DNA of 15,149 nucleotides from Promethearchaeota archaeon (GTDB lineage: Archaea; Asgardarchaeota; Lokiarchaeia; Sigyniarchaeales; SOKP01). Location: contig SDNY01000088.1 of NCBI GenBank assembly GCA_004524535.1, positions 1 to 15,149 of the forward strand, given 5' to 3'. A model generated the notes under the pieces. That model searched no databases, was not told the DNA's origin, and saw only the letters and a list, made by a program, of their open reading frames with translations. The translations under genes were made by a program, and so were the position numbers. Of the stretch, positions 5,665-14,957 are shown piece after piece; position 1 is the first letter of the stretch; each line of letters begins with the position of its first letter.

Positions 5665-6969
5665 ATGGGAGAAAATTCTAAAAGTGTTCTTATAATAGGT
5701 GCGGGAATTGCTGGGATCCAAGCAGCATTAGATTTAGGAGATATGGGAATAAAAGTATATTTAATTGAAAAAAATCCTTGTATAGGAGGAAGAATGTCAC
5801 AATTAGATAAGACATTTCCCACCCTTGACTGTTCTATCTGTATTTTAGCGCCCAAATTATCGGAATGTTATCGGCATCCGAATATTACGCTATATACACT
5901 TTCAGAAGTTCAAAAGGTAGAAGGCAAAATTGGAAATTTTACAGTTGAAGTTTTAAAGCATGCCCGTTATGTAAAAGAGGATGCTTGTACGAACTGCGGT
6001 GATTGTGCGGCAATTTGTCCTGTAAGAGGCGTGAAAAATTATTTTGATGCTGATTTAAAAACTCAAGCGGCAATCTTTATTCCATTTCCAGCAGCAGTAC
6101 CGCCAGTTTATATGATCGATAAAGATGCGTGCGTTAATCTAAACTATGGTATTTGTGGATTATGTGCCCAGAATTGTGGAGCAGAGGCTATAGACCTAAC
6201 GCAAAAAGACAGTGTGCTTACTATTGATAATGTGAGTGCGATAATAGTAGCTACAGGATTAGATCTAGATGAAAATATAGCCCCACTGAGCCATTATGGA
6301 TATGGCATTTATCAAAATGTTGTAACTGCGATGGAATTTGAGAGATTAATATGTGCGTCTGGACCGCAAGCAGGGCATCTAAAGAGGATATCTGATGGCG
6401 TAGACCCAAAAAAGATTGCATTTCTTCAATGTATAGATTCACGTACTCAAAGAGCTCAGAAGTATTGTTCAGCCATATGCTGTATGTATACAACAAAAGA
6501 AGCGATGGTTGCTTTTGAGCATAATGATGAATTAGAATCTTACGTTTTTTATATTGATATGAGAGCAGGTGGAAAAGGATTTCAAAACTTTCTTGGAAGA
6601 GGAAAAGATGAATATAATATCAAATACATTAAAAGCAAGATAGCTAAAGTGAATGTTGATGAAAATGAAAGTCCTATTATTGTTTATGAAGATTTAGACT
6701 CAGGGGAAATTAAACAAATGACTGTCGATATAGTTGTATTAGCTACATGTATAATACCTACATTAGGATTAGATAAATTAGCGAATATTTTAGATATCGA
6801 ATTAAATGAATATAGATATGTGAAAACCGATCCATTTTTCCCTGTTGAAACAAGTAAGGAAGGAATTTTTACGTGCGGTTGCGCACGTGAACCAATGGAT
6901 ATCCCTCGTTCTGTTGCTGAAGCGAGTGGAGCAGCAGCACGAGCTGCAGAAGTAATAAGAGGAGGTTAA
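5665..6969 (+). CDS. hdrA: HdrA-family flavoprotein module I (FAD domain + inserted ferredoxin; lacks N-terminal and C-terminal FeS domains)
   Basis: IIGAGIAG, LDKTFPTLDCSIC, CTNCGDCAAICP, CGLCAQNC, EFER and QC...YCSAICCMYTTK. Start moved to ATG 5665 (AGTGAT RBS). Confidence 0.92.
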   Translation: MGENSKSVLIIGAGIAGIQAALDLGDMGIKVYLIEKNPCIGGRMSQLDKTFPTLDCSICILAPKLSECYRHPNITLYTLSEVQKVEGKIGNFTVEVLKHARYVKEDACTNCGDCAAICPVRGVKNYFDADLKTQAAIFIPFPAAVPPVYMIDKDACVNLNYGICGLCAQNCGAEAIDLTQKDSVLTIDNVSAIIVATGLDLDENIAPLSHYGYGIYQNVVTAMEFERLICASGPQAGHLKRISDGVDPKKIAFLQCIDSRTQRAQKYCSAICCMYTTKEAMVAFEHNDELESYVFYIDMRAGGKGFQNFLGRGKDEYNIKYIKSKIAKVNVDENESPIIVYEDLDSGEIKQMTVDIVVLATCIIPTLGLDKLANILDIELNEYRYVKTDPFFPVETSKEGIFTCGCAREPMDIPRSVAEASGAAARAAEVIRGG

Positions 6970-6976
6970 GATTAAA

Positions 6977-8668
6977 ATGTCAGAAGAAGAAGAAGAAATT
7001 CGAATTGGAGTTTTTGTTTGTCATTGTGGTTCCAATATTGGAGGATATATAGATTGTAAATCGATTGCTGAATGGGCAAAATCATTACCGCATGTAGTTT
7101 TTACTCAAGATAATCTATATACATGCTCGGAGACGGGTTTAGCACAAATTAAAAAGGGTGTTAATGAAAATAATTTAAATAGAGTTATTGTTGCTTCTTG
7201 TACACCAAGAACTCATGAACCTTTATTTCGTTCTTGCATTCAGGAGGAAGGTGTGAACCCTTACCTATTTAATTTTGTTAATATTCGGGATCAGAATACA
7301 TGGGTCCATCAGAAAGAACCGGAAAAGGCTTTCGAGAAAGCAAAGGAACTTATCGCTATGGGAGTAGCAAAGGCTGCAAAACTTGAACCTTTAGAAAAAA
7401 TCATTGTTGATACAACTCCGACAGCATTAGTTATAGGTGCTGGTGTAGCAGGAATAACTGCTGCTCTTAGTATGGCAAATCAAGGTTTTGAAACACATTT
7501 AGTTGAAAAAGAGGCTGAGATTGGAGGAAAGTTAAATATTTTGGATAAACTCTATCCTACAAATCAAGATGCATCAGAACTTTTAAAGAGTCTTAAAAAA
7601 AGAGTGAATGATAATACAAATTTAACGGTATATACCTCCGCATCAGTAAAAAGTATTGAAGGATTTATAGGAAATTTTGAGATTGAAATAGAACAAAATG
7701 GAAATGTGAAAGAGTTAACAATTGGAGTTATCATTGTTGCTGTTGGAGCATCTTTATTTACACCAACCGGATTATTTAATTATGATGGGCAGAAACGCAT
7801 AACTCAAGCTGAATTAGAAACATTATTGAAAAATAATCAAGTAGAATCTAGTAATGTAGTAATGATTCAATGTGTTGGATCTCGTATTGAAGAGAGAAAA
7901 TATTGTTCAAGCGTTTGTTGCATGGTTGCCCTTAAGAATGCCTTGGAAATAAAAGAAAGAAATCCTAAGGCAAATGTAACAATTCTCTTTAGAGATTTAT
8001 ATACACCAGGAACTTATTATGAAGATTATTATAGAAGGGCAAGAGAAGCAGGTGTTATCTTTATAGAATATGCACCTGAAAAAATGCCGATTGTTGAAGA
8101 TAATCAAGTTAGAGTACATAATGAATATCTTGGACAAGATATATTAATTCCATATGATCTAGTCGTCCTTTCAACACCGTTAGTATCAAATGAGGATAAT
8201 AAAGATATTGCACAAATGCTGAAAGTTCCGTTAGAAGAAAATGGGTTCTTCCTTGAAGCTCACGTAAAATTGCGACCAATGGATTTTGCTACTGATGGAG
8301 TATACATCTGTGGCTCTGCTAAATGGCCTGTAGATATTACTGAATCTATTGCACAAGGGTATGCAGCAGCCTCTAGGGCAAGCACGATTATTTCTCATAG
8401 TACTTTAGAAGTTGAAGGCGCCACATCATCATTACCCGAATATAATAGGAATTTATGTACTGGTTGTGAAGTTTGCATTACCGTCTGTCCTTATAAAGCC
8501 ATAAGCAAGGATGAAAATGATGAAATCTTAATTCAACAGGTCTTATGTAAAGGATGTGGTGTATGCGGTGCTACATGCACAAATCACGCAATTGTTATAA
8601 GGCATTTTACGGATGATCAAATTTTATCAGAAATATTAGCATTTGGAGGTCAGTACGATGGTGTTTGA
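6977..8668 (+). CDS. hdrA: HdrA-family flavoprotein module II (N-terminal CHCG domain + FAD domain + C-terminal ferredoxin; no inserted ferredoxin)
   Basis: IGVFVCHCGSNI, YTCS, ASCTPRTHE, NIRDQ, VIGAGVAG, QCVGSR..YCSSVCC, EAHVKLRP, CTGCEVCITVCP and CKGCGVCGATC. GGAGG RBS at 6961-6965. Confidence 0.93.
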   Translation: MSEEEEEIRIGVFVCHCGSNIGGYIDCKSIAEWAKSLPHVVFTQDNLYTCSETGLAQIKKGVNENNLNRVIVASCTPRTHEPLFRSCIQEEGVNPYLFNFVNIRDQNTWVHQKEPEKAFEKAKELIAMGVAKAAKLEPLEKIIVDTTPTALVIGAGVAGITAALSMANQGFETHLVEKEAEIGGKLNILDKLYPTNQDASELLKSLKKRVNDNTNLTVYTSASVKSIEGFIGNFEIEIEQNGNVKELTIGVIIVAVGASLFTPTGLFNYDGQKRITQAELETLLKNNQVESSNVVMIQCVGSRIEERKYCSSVCCMVALKNALEIKERNPKANVTILFRDLYTPGTYYEDYYRRAREAGVIFIEYAPEKMPIVEDNQVRVHNEYLGQDILIPYDLVVLSTPLVSNEDNKDIAQMLKVPLEENGFFLEAHVKLRPMDFATDGVYICGSAKWPVDITESIAQGYAAASRASTIISHSTLEVEGATSSLPEYNRNLCTGCEVCITVCPYKAISKDENDEILIQQVLCKGCGVCGATCTNHAIVIRHFTDDQILSEILAFGGQYDGV

Positions 8669-9410
8669 ACCAAAAATTTTAGGATTTTTATGTAATTGGT
8701 GTTCCTATGCAGGAGCTGACTTGGCAGGAGTAAGCAGAGTCCAGTATCCTCCGAACATCAGAGTTATACGTGTAATGTGTAGTGGTCGAGTTGACCCTAT
8801 GTTTATTTTTAAGGCATTTCAAGTAGGGGCCGATGGTGTTATTGTTATGGGGTGTCATCCAGGAGATTGTCATTATCTCGAAGGGAATTATGAAGCAGAA
8901 AAAAAATACAATATGACTGAGAAATTCCTAAAACTAATCGGGTTTGATAATCGAGTAAGATTAGAATGGGTTTCCGCTTCAGAGGGAACTAGATATGGAG
9001 CAGTAGTTACGGAATTTACCCAACAAATTAAGGATGCCGGTCCCTCTCCAGCTAAGGATAATGAAGAATTACTCTTTAAATTAAAAGCTCTTGAAATGGC
9101 AGCTGCAACTGATCGAATGAGAGCATTAGTTGGAAGGGAAAGACACATTACAGAAGATGAAAATGTTTATGGAGAAAAAGTGTCTTTAGAAAAATTTAAT
9201 GAAATATTTGATAAAGCAATTAAGGATGAATATGAACGAGCACAAGTTTTACTTTCTTTAGAGAAAGGAGTAAATAATGTTAAACTATTAGCTGCTAAAT
9301 TAGATATTGATCCAAGTATTGTTTTAGAACATTTATTAATTTTAAAACAACGTATGGAAATTGATTTTGGCGAAATTATGGAAAATACACCAGTATTTGT
9401 GAGGTTATAA
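8658..9410 (+). CDS. mvhD: MvhD-type [2Fe-2S] subunit with a ~115-aa C-terminal extension ending in a winged-HTH-like segment
   Basis: FLCNWCSYAGADLAG, RVMCSGRV, GCHPGDCHY and WVSASEG. Start moved to ATG 8658 (GGAGGT RBS at 8645-8650); overlaps the upstream hdrA by 11 nt. Confidence 0.9.
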   Translation: MVFEPKILGFLCNWCSYAGADLAGVSRVQYPPNIRVIRVMCSGRVDPMFIFKAFQVGADGVIVMGCHPGDCHYLEGNYEAEKKYNMTEKFLKLIGFDNRVRLEWVSASEGTRYGAVVTEFTQQIKDAGPSPAKDNEELLFKLKALEMAAATDRMRALVGRERHITEDENVYGEKVSLEKFNEIFDKAIKDEYERAQVLLSLEKGVNNVKLLAAKLDIDPSIVLEHLLILKQRMEIDFGEIMENTPVFVRL

Positions 9411-9420
9411 GGTGAATAAT

Positions 9421-12400
9421 ATGGAAAAAATAGGAGCTGTTATGGTTGTTGGTGCCGGAATTGGTGGATCTCAAGCTTCTTTAGATCTTGGGGATGCAGG
9501 GTTTAAAATATATCTGATTGAATCGAGTACTAGCATCGGTGGGGTAATGGCACAATTAGACAAGACATTTCCGACAAATGATTGTGCTATGTGTATTGTG
9601 AGTCCTAAGCTTGTAGAAACTGGACGTCATCAAAATATAGATTTGAGTATAAATTGTGAAATTTTGGATGTTTCGGGAGAAGCTGGAAATTTTACAGTCA
9701 AAGTAAAGAAAAAATCATTATATATAGATCCTGATGTATGTACGGGTTGTGGAGTTTGTGGTCAAAATTGTCCTGTTGAAGCTATTGATCTCTTTAATGA
9801 AGGACTTGCTAAATATAAGGCTACCTCTGTAAAATATCCACAAGCGGTCCCATTAGTGTATGCAATAAATAAAGATTATTGTATTGGATGTGGTATATGT
9901 TTAGGAGTTTGTAAGGCCAAGGCAGTTCAATATGATCGAGAAGATGAGATTGTTGATATTAATGTTGGTGCTGTTATATTAGCACCTGGATTTGATGAAT
10001 ATGTACCTCCTGAAGGGAACTTATATGGATATGGTAAATATAAAAATGTGGTCACAAGTATTGAATTTGAACGTATATTAAGTGCAAGTGGCCCTTATGC
10101 AGGAAAGGTACTGCGTCCTTCAGATGGAGATATTCCAATAGATGTAGCATTTATTCAATGTGTTGGCTCTCGTGATTATTCAGGAGTAGGAAAACCATAT
10201 TGTTCTTCCGTGTGTTGTATGTATACCGCTAAAGAAGCAGTTATTGCTCATGAACATATGCATCAAATCGAGCCTACTATTTTTAGTATGGATATTAGGG
10301 CATATGGGAAAGATTTTGATAAATATATCATTCGAGCTCAAGAAGAATATCATGTTAAATATATTAGAAGTCGTATCTCTTCGGTCACAGAAATTCCCGA
10401 GACCAAAGATTTGAGAATAAGATACGAAACAGAGGATGGAAAAATACTCGAAAAAGATTTTCAAATGGTTGTACTTTCAGTAGGATTAAATCCTCCTGAT
10501 GATGCCAAATATTTAGCTGATAAATTTGGAATAGATTTAAACGAGTATGATTTTGCAAAAACAGATATATGGAATCCAGTGCAGACTTCAAAGCCAGGAA
10601 TTTATGCTTGCGGAGCATTTTCTCAACCTAAAGATATTCCTGAAACTGTAACTCAAGCTAGTGCAGCGGCTGGATGTGTTAATCAGCTTTTATATGATAA
10701 ACGAGGAACTTTAATAACAGAAAAATCATTACCTCCAGAAATCTTTGTAGCAGGACAGCCCCCTAGGATTGGTGTCTTTATTTGTCATTGTGGAATAAAT
10801 ATTGGAGGATTTGTTGATGTTCCTGAAGTAACAAGATATGCAGGTACTCTACCTAATGTAGTTATGTCTGATAGGAATTTATATACATGTTCAGCTGATA
10901 CTCAGACAATAATAAAAGAGAAAATAAAAGAATATAATCTCAATAGGGTTATTGTAGCATCTTGTACTCCACGAACTCATGAACCATTATTCCAAGAAAC
11001 GATTAGAGAAGCAGGATTAAATAGGTATCTCTTTCAAATGGCCAACATTAGAGACCAATGTTCCTGGGTACACATGAATGAACCTGAGGCGGCTACCCAA
11101 AAAGCAAAGGACTTAGTAAGAATGGCAGTAAATAAAGCACGCAATATCGAACCGCTTAACAGGATAAAATTAAGCATTACTCCAAAAGCTCTTGTTATAG
11201 GCGGTGGTATAACTGGAATGACTGCTGCACTTAATTTTGCCAGCCAAGATTTTGAAACTTATTTAGTTGAAAAAGAAGCACAACTAGGAGGTTTTGCACG
11301 CCATATCTATCATACCCTTGAAGGTGGAGATGTTCAAGAATTTCTGAAAGATCTGATTAATAAAGTTAAATCCAATAAAAACATTCATGTGTATACAGAA
11401 GCAGAAATAGAAGATGTAGCCGGTTATCTAGGGAACTTTAAAACTACTCTCGTCCATGGAAAAAATAAGGAAAAGGCAGAATTTGATCATGGAGTTGTAG
11501 TGGTTGCGACAGGTGCTCAAGAATATAAACCTAAAGAATATCTTTATGGCCAAAATGATAAAGTTATCTTACAATCTGAATTAGAAAAAATGATTAATAC
11601 TTCAGATGACATCAAGAATAAAAAATCAATTGTTATGATCCAATGTGTTGGGTCAAGAAACGAAGAACATCCTTATTGTAGTAAAATGTGCTGCGCAGAG
11701 GCGATTAAAAACGCACTAAGAATTAAAGAAAAATATCCTTCATGCGAAATAACAATTCTTTTCCGAGATATTAGAACATATGGATTTAAAGAGAAATTTT
11801 ATAGAGAAGCGCGAAAGAAGGGAGTTCTATTTTTAAGATATGATGAGGATAATCTGCCAGAAGTTAGTCAAGAGGATTCCCAATTAAAAGTAAAAGTGAC
11901 TACTGCAAGAAAAGATACTATTTATGTTAATGCTGATTTATTAGCTTTAAGTGCAGGGATCATTTCTGATCGTGAAGAGAATGAAGAGTTAGCAATGATG
12001 TTAAAAGTACCATTAAATGATGATAATTTCTATTTAGAAGCTCATGTCAAGCTTCGACCAGTTGATTTCGCAACTGAGGGTGTATTTGTTGCGGGATTAG
12101 CACATTGTCCGAAAACAATTGAAGATTGCATTTCTCAAGCTAATGCTGCAGTTTCAAGAGCATGTACCATCCTTTCTAAGGATGAGGTGGAGGCTGAGGG
12201 TAAAGTTGCAATGATTAATGTTGCGCGTTGTATTGGCTGTGGAATGTGTGTTGAAAATTGTGCCTATAGTGCTATTGAAATTGTTGAGGACAGAAGATTT
12301 GGGAGAGTGGCTTCTATTAACCAAGCATTATGTAAAGGTTGTGGCGCTTGTTCAGGTAATTGTAGATGTTCAGCGATTGATATTTTAGGATTTACCTCTG

Positions 12401-12435
12401 AACAAATATATGCAATGATTACAGGGAGGTTATAA
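9421..12435 (+). CDS. hdrA: Large two-module HdrA (module I + module II fused, ~1004 aa)
   Basis: VVGAGIGG...DKTFPTNDCAMC, two ferredoxin motifs and YCSSVCCMYTAK, then IGVFICHCGINI, VIGGGITG, YCSKMCC and a C-terminal CIGCGMCVENC / CKGCGACSGNC. Start moved to ATG 9421 (AGGTGA RBS at 9410-9415). Confidence 0.95.
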   Translation: MEKIGAVMVVGAGIGGSQASLDLGDAGFKIYLIESSTSIGGVMAQLDKTFPTNDCAMCIVSPKLVETGRHQNIDLSINCEILDVSGEAGNFTVKVKKKSLYIDPDVCTGCGVCGQNCPVEAIDLFNEGLAKYKATSVKYPQAVPLVYAINKDYCIGCGICLGVCKAKAVQYDREDEIVDINVGAVILAPGFDEYVPPEGNLYGYGKYKNVVTSIEFERILSASGPYAGKVLRPSDGDIPIDVAFIQCVGSRDYSGVGKPYCSSVCCMYTAKEAVIAHEHMHQIEPTIFSMDIRAYGKDFDKYIIRAQEEYHVKYIRSRISSVTEIPETKDLRIRYETEDGKILEKDFQMVVLSVGLNPPDDAKYLADKFGIDLNEYDFAKTDIWNPVQTSKPGIYACGAFSQPKDIPETVTQASAAAGCVNQLLYDKRGTLITEKSLPPEIFVAGQPPRIGVFICHCGINIGGFVDVPEVTRYAGTLPNVVMSDRNLYTCSADTQTIIKEKIKEYNLNRVIVASCTPRTHEPLFQETIREAGLNRYLFQMANIRDQCSWVHMNEPEAATQKAKDLVRMAVNKARNIEPLNRIKLSITPKALVIGGGITGMTAALNFASQDFETYLVEKEAQLGGFARHIYHTLEGGDVQEFLKDLINKVKSNKNIHVYTEAEIEDVAGYLGNFKTTLVHGKNKEKAEFDHGVVVVATGAQEYKPKEYLYGQNDKVILQSELEKMINTSDDIKNKKSIVMIQCVGSRNEEHPYCSKMCCAEAIKNALRIKEKYPSCEITILFRDIRTYGFKEKFYREARKKGVLFLRYDEDNLPEVSQEDSQLKVKVTTARKDTIYVNADLLALSAGIISDREENEELAMMLKVPLNDDNFYLEAHVKLRPVDFATEGVFVAGLAHCPKTIEDCISQANAAVSRACTILSKDEVEAEGKVAMINVARCIGCGMCVENCAYSAIEIVEDRRFGRVASINQALCKGCGACSGNCRCSAIDILGFTSEQIYAMITGRL

Positions 12436-12438
12436 AAA

Positions 12439-12873
12439 ATGACACAAACAGAAACCAAAACAGAATCTGAGGAATGGACCCCCAAAATTATCGCATTCTT
12501 ATGTAATTGGTGTTCCTATGCGGGGGCAGACTTAGCGGGTGTGAGTAGAATTCAATATCCACCTAATATTAGAATTGTTCGAGTACCATGCTCAGGTAGA
12601 GTATCTCCGTTTTTTATTATAAAAAGTTTAATGGATGGTTGGGACGGCGTTGTGATCTCAGGATGCCATCCAGGCGATTGCCATTATATTAGTGGTAATT
12701 TAGTTGCCAGAAGACGTTTTGGTATAATAAGAGATGTATTAGAGTTTTTTGGAATAGAGCCAGGCAGAGTTAATTTTATGTGGGCATCTGCAGCGGAAGG
12801 AGAACGATTTGCGGTTTTAATTAGAAAGGCAACAAAAATTATAAAAGAATTAGGACCAATTAAAAAATTCTAA
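12439..12873 (+). CDS. mvhD: MvhD/FlxD [2Fe-2S] subunit
   Basis: FLCNWCSYAGADLAG, RVPCSGRV, GCHPGDCHY and WASAAEG; standard length; GGAGGT RBS upstream. Confidence 0.94.
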   Translation: MTQTETKTESEEWTPKIIAFLCNWCSYAGADLAGVSRIQYPPNIRIVRVPCSGRVSPFFIIKSLMDGWDGVVISGCHPGDCHYISGNLVARRRFGIIRDVLEFFGIEPGRVNFMWASAAEGERFAVLIRKATKIIKELGPIKKF

Positions 12874-12891
12874 GATAAATGGTGTTAAAGG

Positions 12892-13902
12892 ATGGGATTA
12901 GAAGAAGATAATAAAAAGATTGAAGAATCGATGAGAGAAACAGCAAGAAAATTGCTGGAAGATAAAGAAGTAGATGCTGTTATAGGATACACAGAAGGAA
13001 CATTACCAATGAGTTCCATGGCTATGGTAATCACTAGAGCAGAAGATGTAGATAAACTCATATGGAATAATTATTGTTATATTAATTTAGCTACTTATTT
13101 AGTTCCTCGAATCGCACAACTCGTAGATCCTGAGAAAGGAGATTTAAAAGTTGGTGTTATTTCAAAGGGTTGTGTTGGAAGAGCAATTATCCATTTAAAA
13201 GTTGAGGGTCAATTAAATCTTGATAATGTCAAAATTATTGGAATTCCTTGTAATGGTATAATCGATAGAAAAAGAATTGAGAAAGAAATTGGTCAAAAGG
13301 AAATTCTTGAAGTTTCTACATCTGGAAATGAAATAATTGTTAAGGGGAGAGATTTTGAAGAAAAATTTGCTTTTGATGAATATATACTTAATGTATGTAA
13401 GCAATGTAAGGTAAAATCACCTCCCAATGTTGATGATGCATGTGTCGGAGAATGCCAAGAGATTGAATCGGTCTCTGATGATTATAGCGATCTCGCTGAA
13501 TTCGAAGCTTTAAGTGCTGAGGAGAAATGGAATCATATCACAGAATTATTAGAACAATGTACAAAATGCCATGCTTGTAGAGAAGCATGTCCGATGTGCT
13601 ATTGCAATCTCTGTTTTGTCGATCAAAATAAACCCATTTGGTTTGGAAAAACCACAGATCTCTCTGATATCATTGTATTTCATTTAATTCGGTCAATACA
13701 TCTAGTTGGAAGATGTGTGGCTTGCGGAGCATGTACTAGTGTATGTCCTATGGGAATAGATTTAAATTTACTTATACGAAAAGTCGAAAGAATCGCAAAA
13801 GATCGATTTGATTTTACTTCCGGCCTAAGTAGTAAAGTTATGCCACCAATGATGGATTTTAGTATGAATGATTCACAAGAATTTATGCTTGAGGAGGATT
13901 AA
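12892..13902 (+). CDS. flxC: FlxC-like 4Fe-4S protein (FdhB/FrhB C-terminal related)
   Basis: KGC...GIPC...CKQC, CTKCHACREACPMCYCNLC and GRCVACGACTSVCP. Its position matches the hdrCBA-flxDCBA gene order. Confidence 0.8.
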   Translation: MGLEEDNKKIEESMRETARKLLEDKEVDAVIGYTEGTLPMSSMAMVITRAEDVDKLIWNNYCYINLATYLVPRIAQLVDPEKGDLKVGVISKGCVGRAIIHLKVEGQLNLDNVKIIGIPCNGIIDRKRIEKEIGQKEILEVSTSGNEIIVKGRDFEEKFAFDEYILNVCKQCKVKSPPNVDDACVGECQEIESVSDDYSDLAEFEALSAEEKWNHITELLEQCTKCHACREACPMCYCNLCFVDQNKPIWFGKTTDLSDIIVFHLIRSIHLVGRCVACGACTSVCPMGIDLNLLIRKVERIAKDRFDFTSGLSSKVMPPMMDFSMNDSQEFMLEED

Positions 13903-13906
13903 AAAA

Positions 13907-14941
13907 ATGAGTGAAAAAATATTAAATAAAGATCAAATTGGAAAATTTTACAATGAATTTTCCGATTATAATTTTTATGCTCCAGTTAATGAAAAAGGTA
14001 ATATTCTCTTTAAAAAAATCTCGAACCCAGATGAGATAGTTTTAGACTTTCTAAATTCTAAAATACCCCCTAAATCAGTTTTATTTCCAAATAAAGAGAT
14101 TCTGTTTGAATATGAATATGAGGGTAAAGATGTTATTATTAAAGAAAGAGACGATTTAGATGAAAAATATGTATTATTTGGAGTTAGACCCTGTGATGCA
14201 TATAGTTTTCAATTGATGGCGAACTTTTTCTCCTTTCATGGAAATTGTGAGGATGAAATTTACCTTAAAAAGAAAGAAAATACTCTTATAATTGGTATGG
14301 GTTGCAATACTCCAAAACAGACTTGCTTTTGTACATCTGTTGGAGGGAATCCATTTAAAAAAGAAGACTCAGACATTTTCTTAGTTGATTTAGGAGAAAA
14401 ATATTTAGTTGAAGCTATCTCCGATAAGGGAAAGGAATTAATACAGAAAATGTCTTGGCTCGCTGATGCTACTAATGCTGATAAACAAAAAGCGAAGGAA
14501 TTAGCGAAAAAAGCAGAAGAGATGATTACGACTCAAATAGATGCTGAAAAAATAAATAATATCTTAGACGAAAATTTTAAGCATCCTATTTGGAAGGAAG
14601 TAGCTGAGAGCTGTGTGGGGTGTGGCACATGCGCATTTTTATGCCCTACATGTACATGCTTTGATGTTATTGAAGAGCATGACCATTATACGAATAAGGG
14701 TAAAAGAATACGTATCTGGGATACTTGCCAAGCTCCACTCTATTCAATGGAAACAAGCGGACATAATCCGCGCCCAACAAAAATAGAAAGATGTAGAAAT
14801 CGTATCATGCATAAATTTAGCTATTATCCAAAAAATTATGATTTAACTGGCTGTGTTGGCTGTGGACGTTGTGTTTCATATTGTCCTGCGAATAATGATT
14901 TAAGATCAATCCTTAAAGAAATTGAACAAATTGAATCATAA
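13907..14941 (+). CDS. flxB: FlxB / AsrA / HydB-family 4Fe-4S protein
   Basis: GVRPCD, CFC, CVGCGTCAFLCPTCTC, RIWDTC and GCVGCGRCVSYCP. Start moved to ATG 13907 (GAGGAGG RBS at 13891-13897). Confidence 0.85.
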   Translation: MSEKILNKDQIGKFYNEFSDYNFYAPVNEKGNILFKKISNPDEIVLDFLNSKIPPKSVLFPNKEILFEYEYEGKDVIIKERDDLDEKYVLFGVRPCDAYSFQLMANFFSFHGNCEDEIYLKKKENTLIIGMGCNTPKQTCFCTSVGGNPFKKEDSDIFLVDLGEKYLVEAISDKGKELIQKMSWLADATNADKQKAKELAKKAEEMITTQIDAEKINNILDENFKHPIWKEVAESCVGCGTCAFLCPTCTCFDVIEEHDHYTNKGKRIRIWDTCQAPLYSMETSGHNPRPTKIERCRNRIMHKFSYYPKNYDLTGCVGCGRCVSYCPANNDLRSILKEIEQIES

Positions 14942-14957
14942 AAGGTGAAAAAAGTAT

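Noticed and set aside
6960-6980. Pseudogene or frameshift splitting hdrA
   Set aside because: Both halves have intact motifs, a clean stop and a separate RBS and ATG at a domain boundary.
5665-12873. Selenocysteine recoding in HdrA/MvhD (selenoproteins in some archaea)
   Set aside because: The equivalent positions (TLDCSIC, TNDCAMC, CNWC, GDCHY) are Cys codons with no in-frame TGA. The TGA at 8666-8668 follows a complete C-terminal ferredoxin and overlaps the next gene's start.
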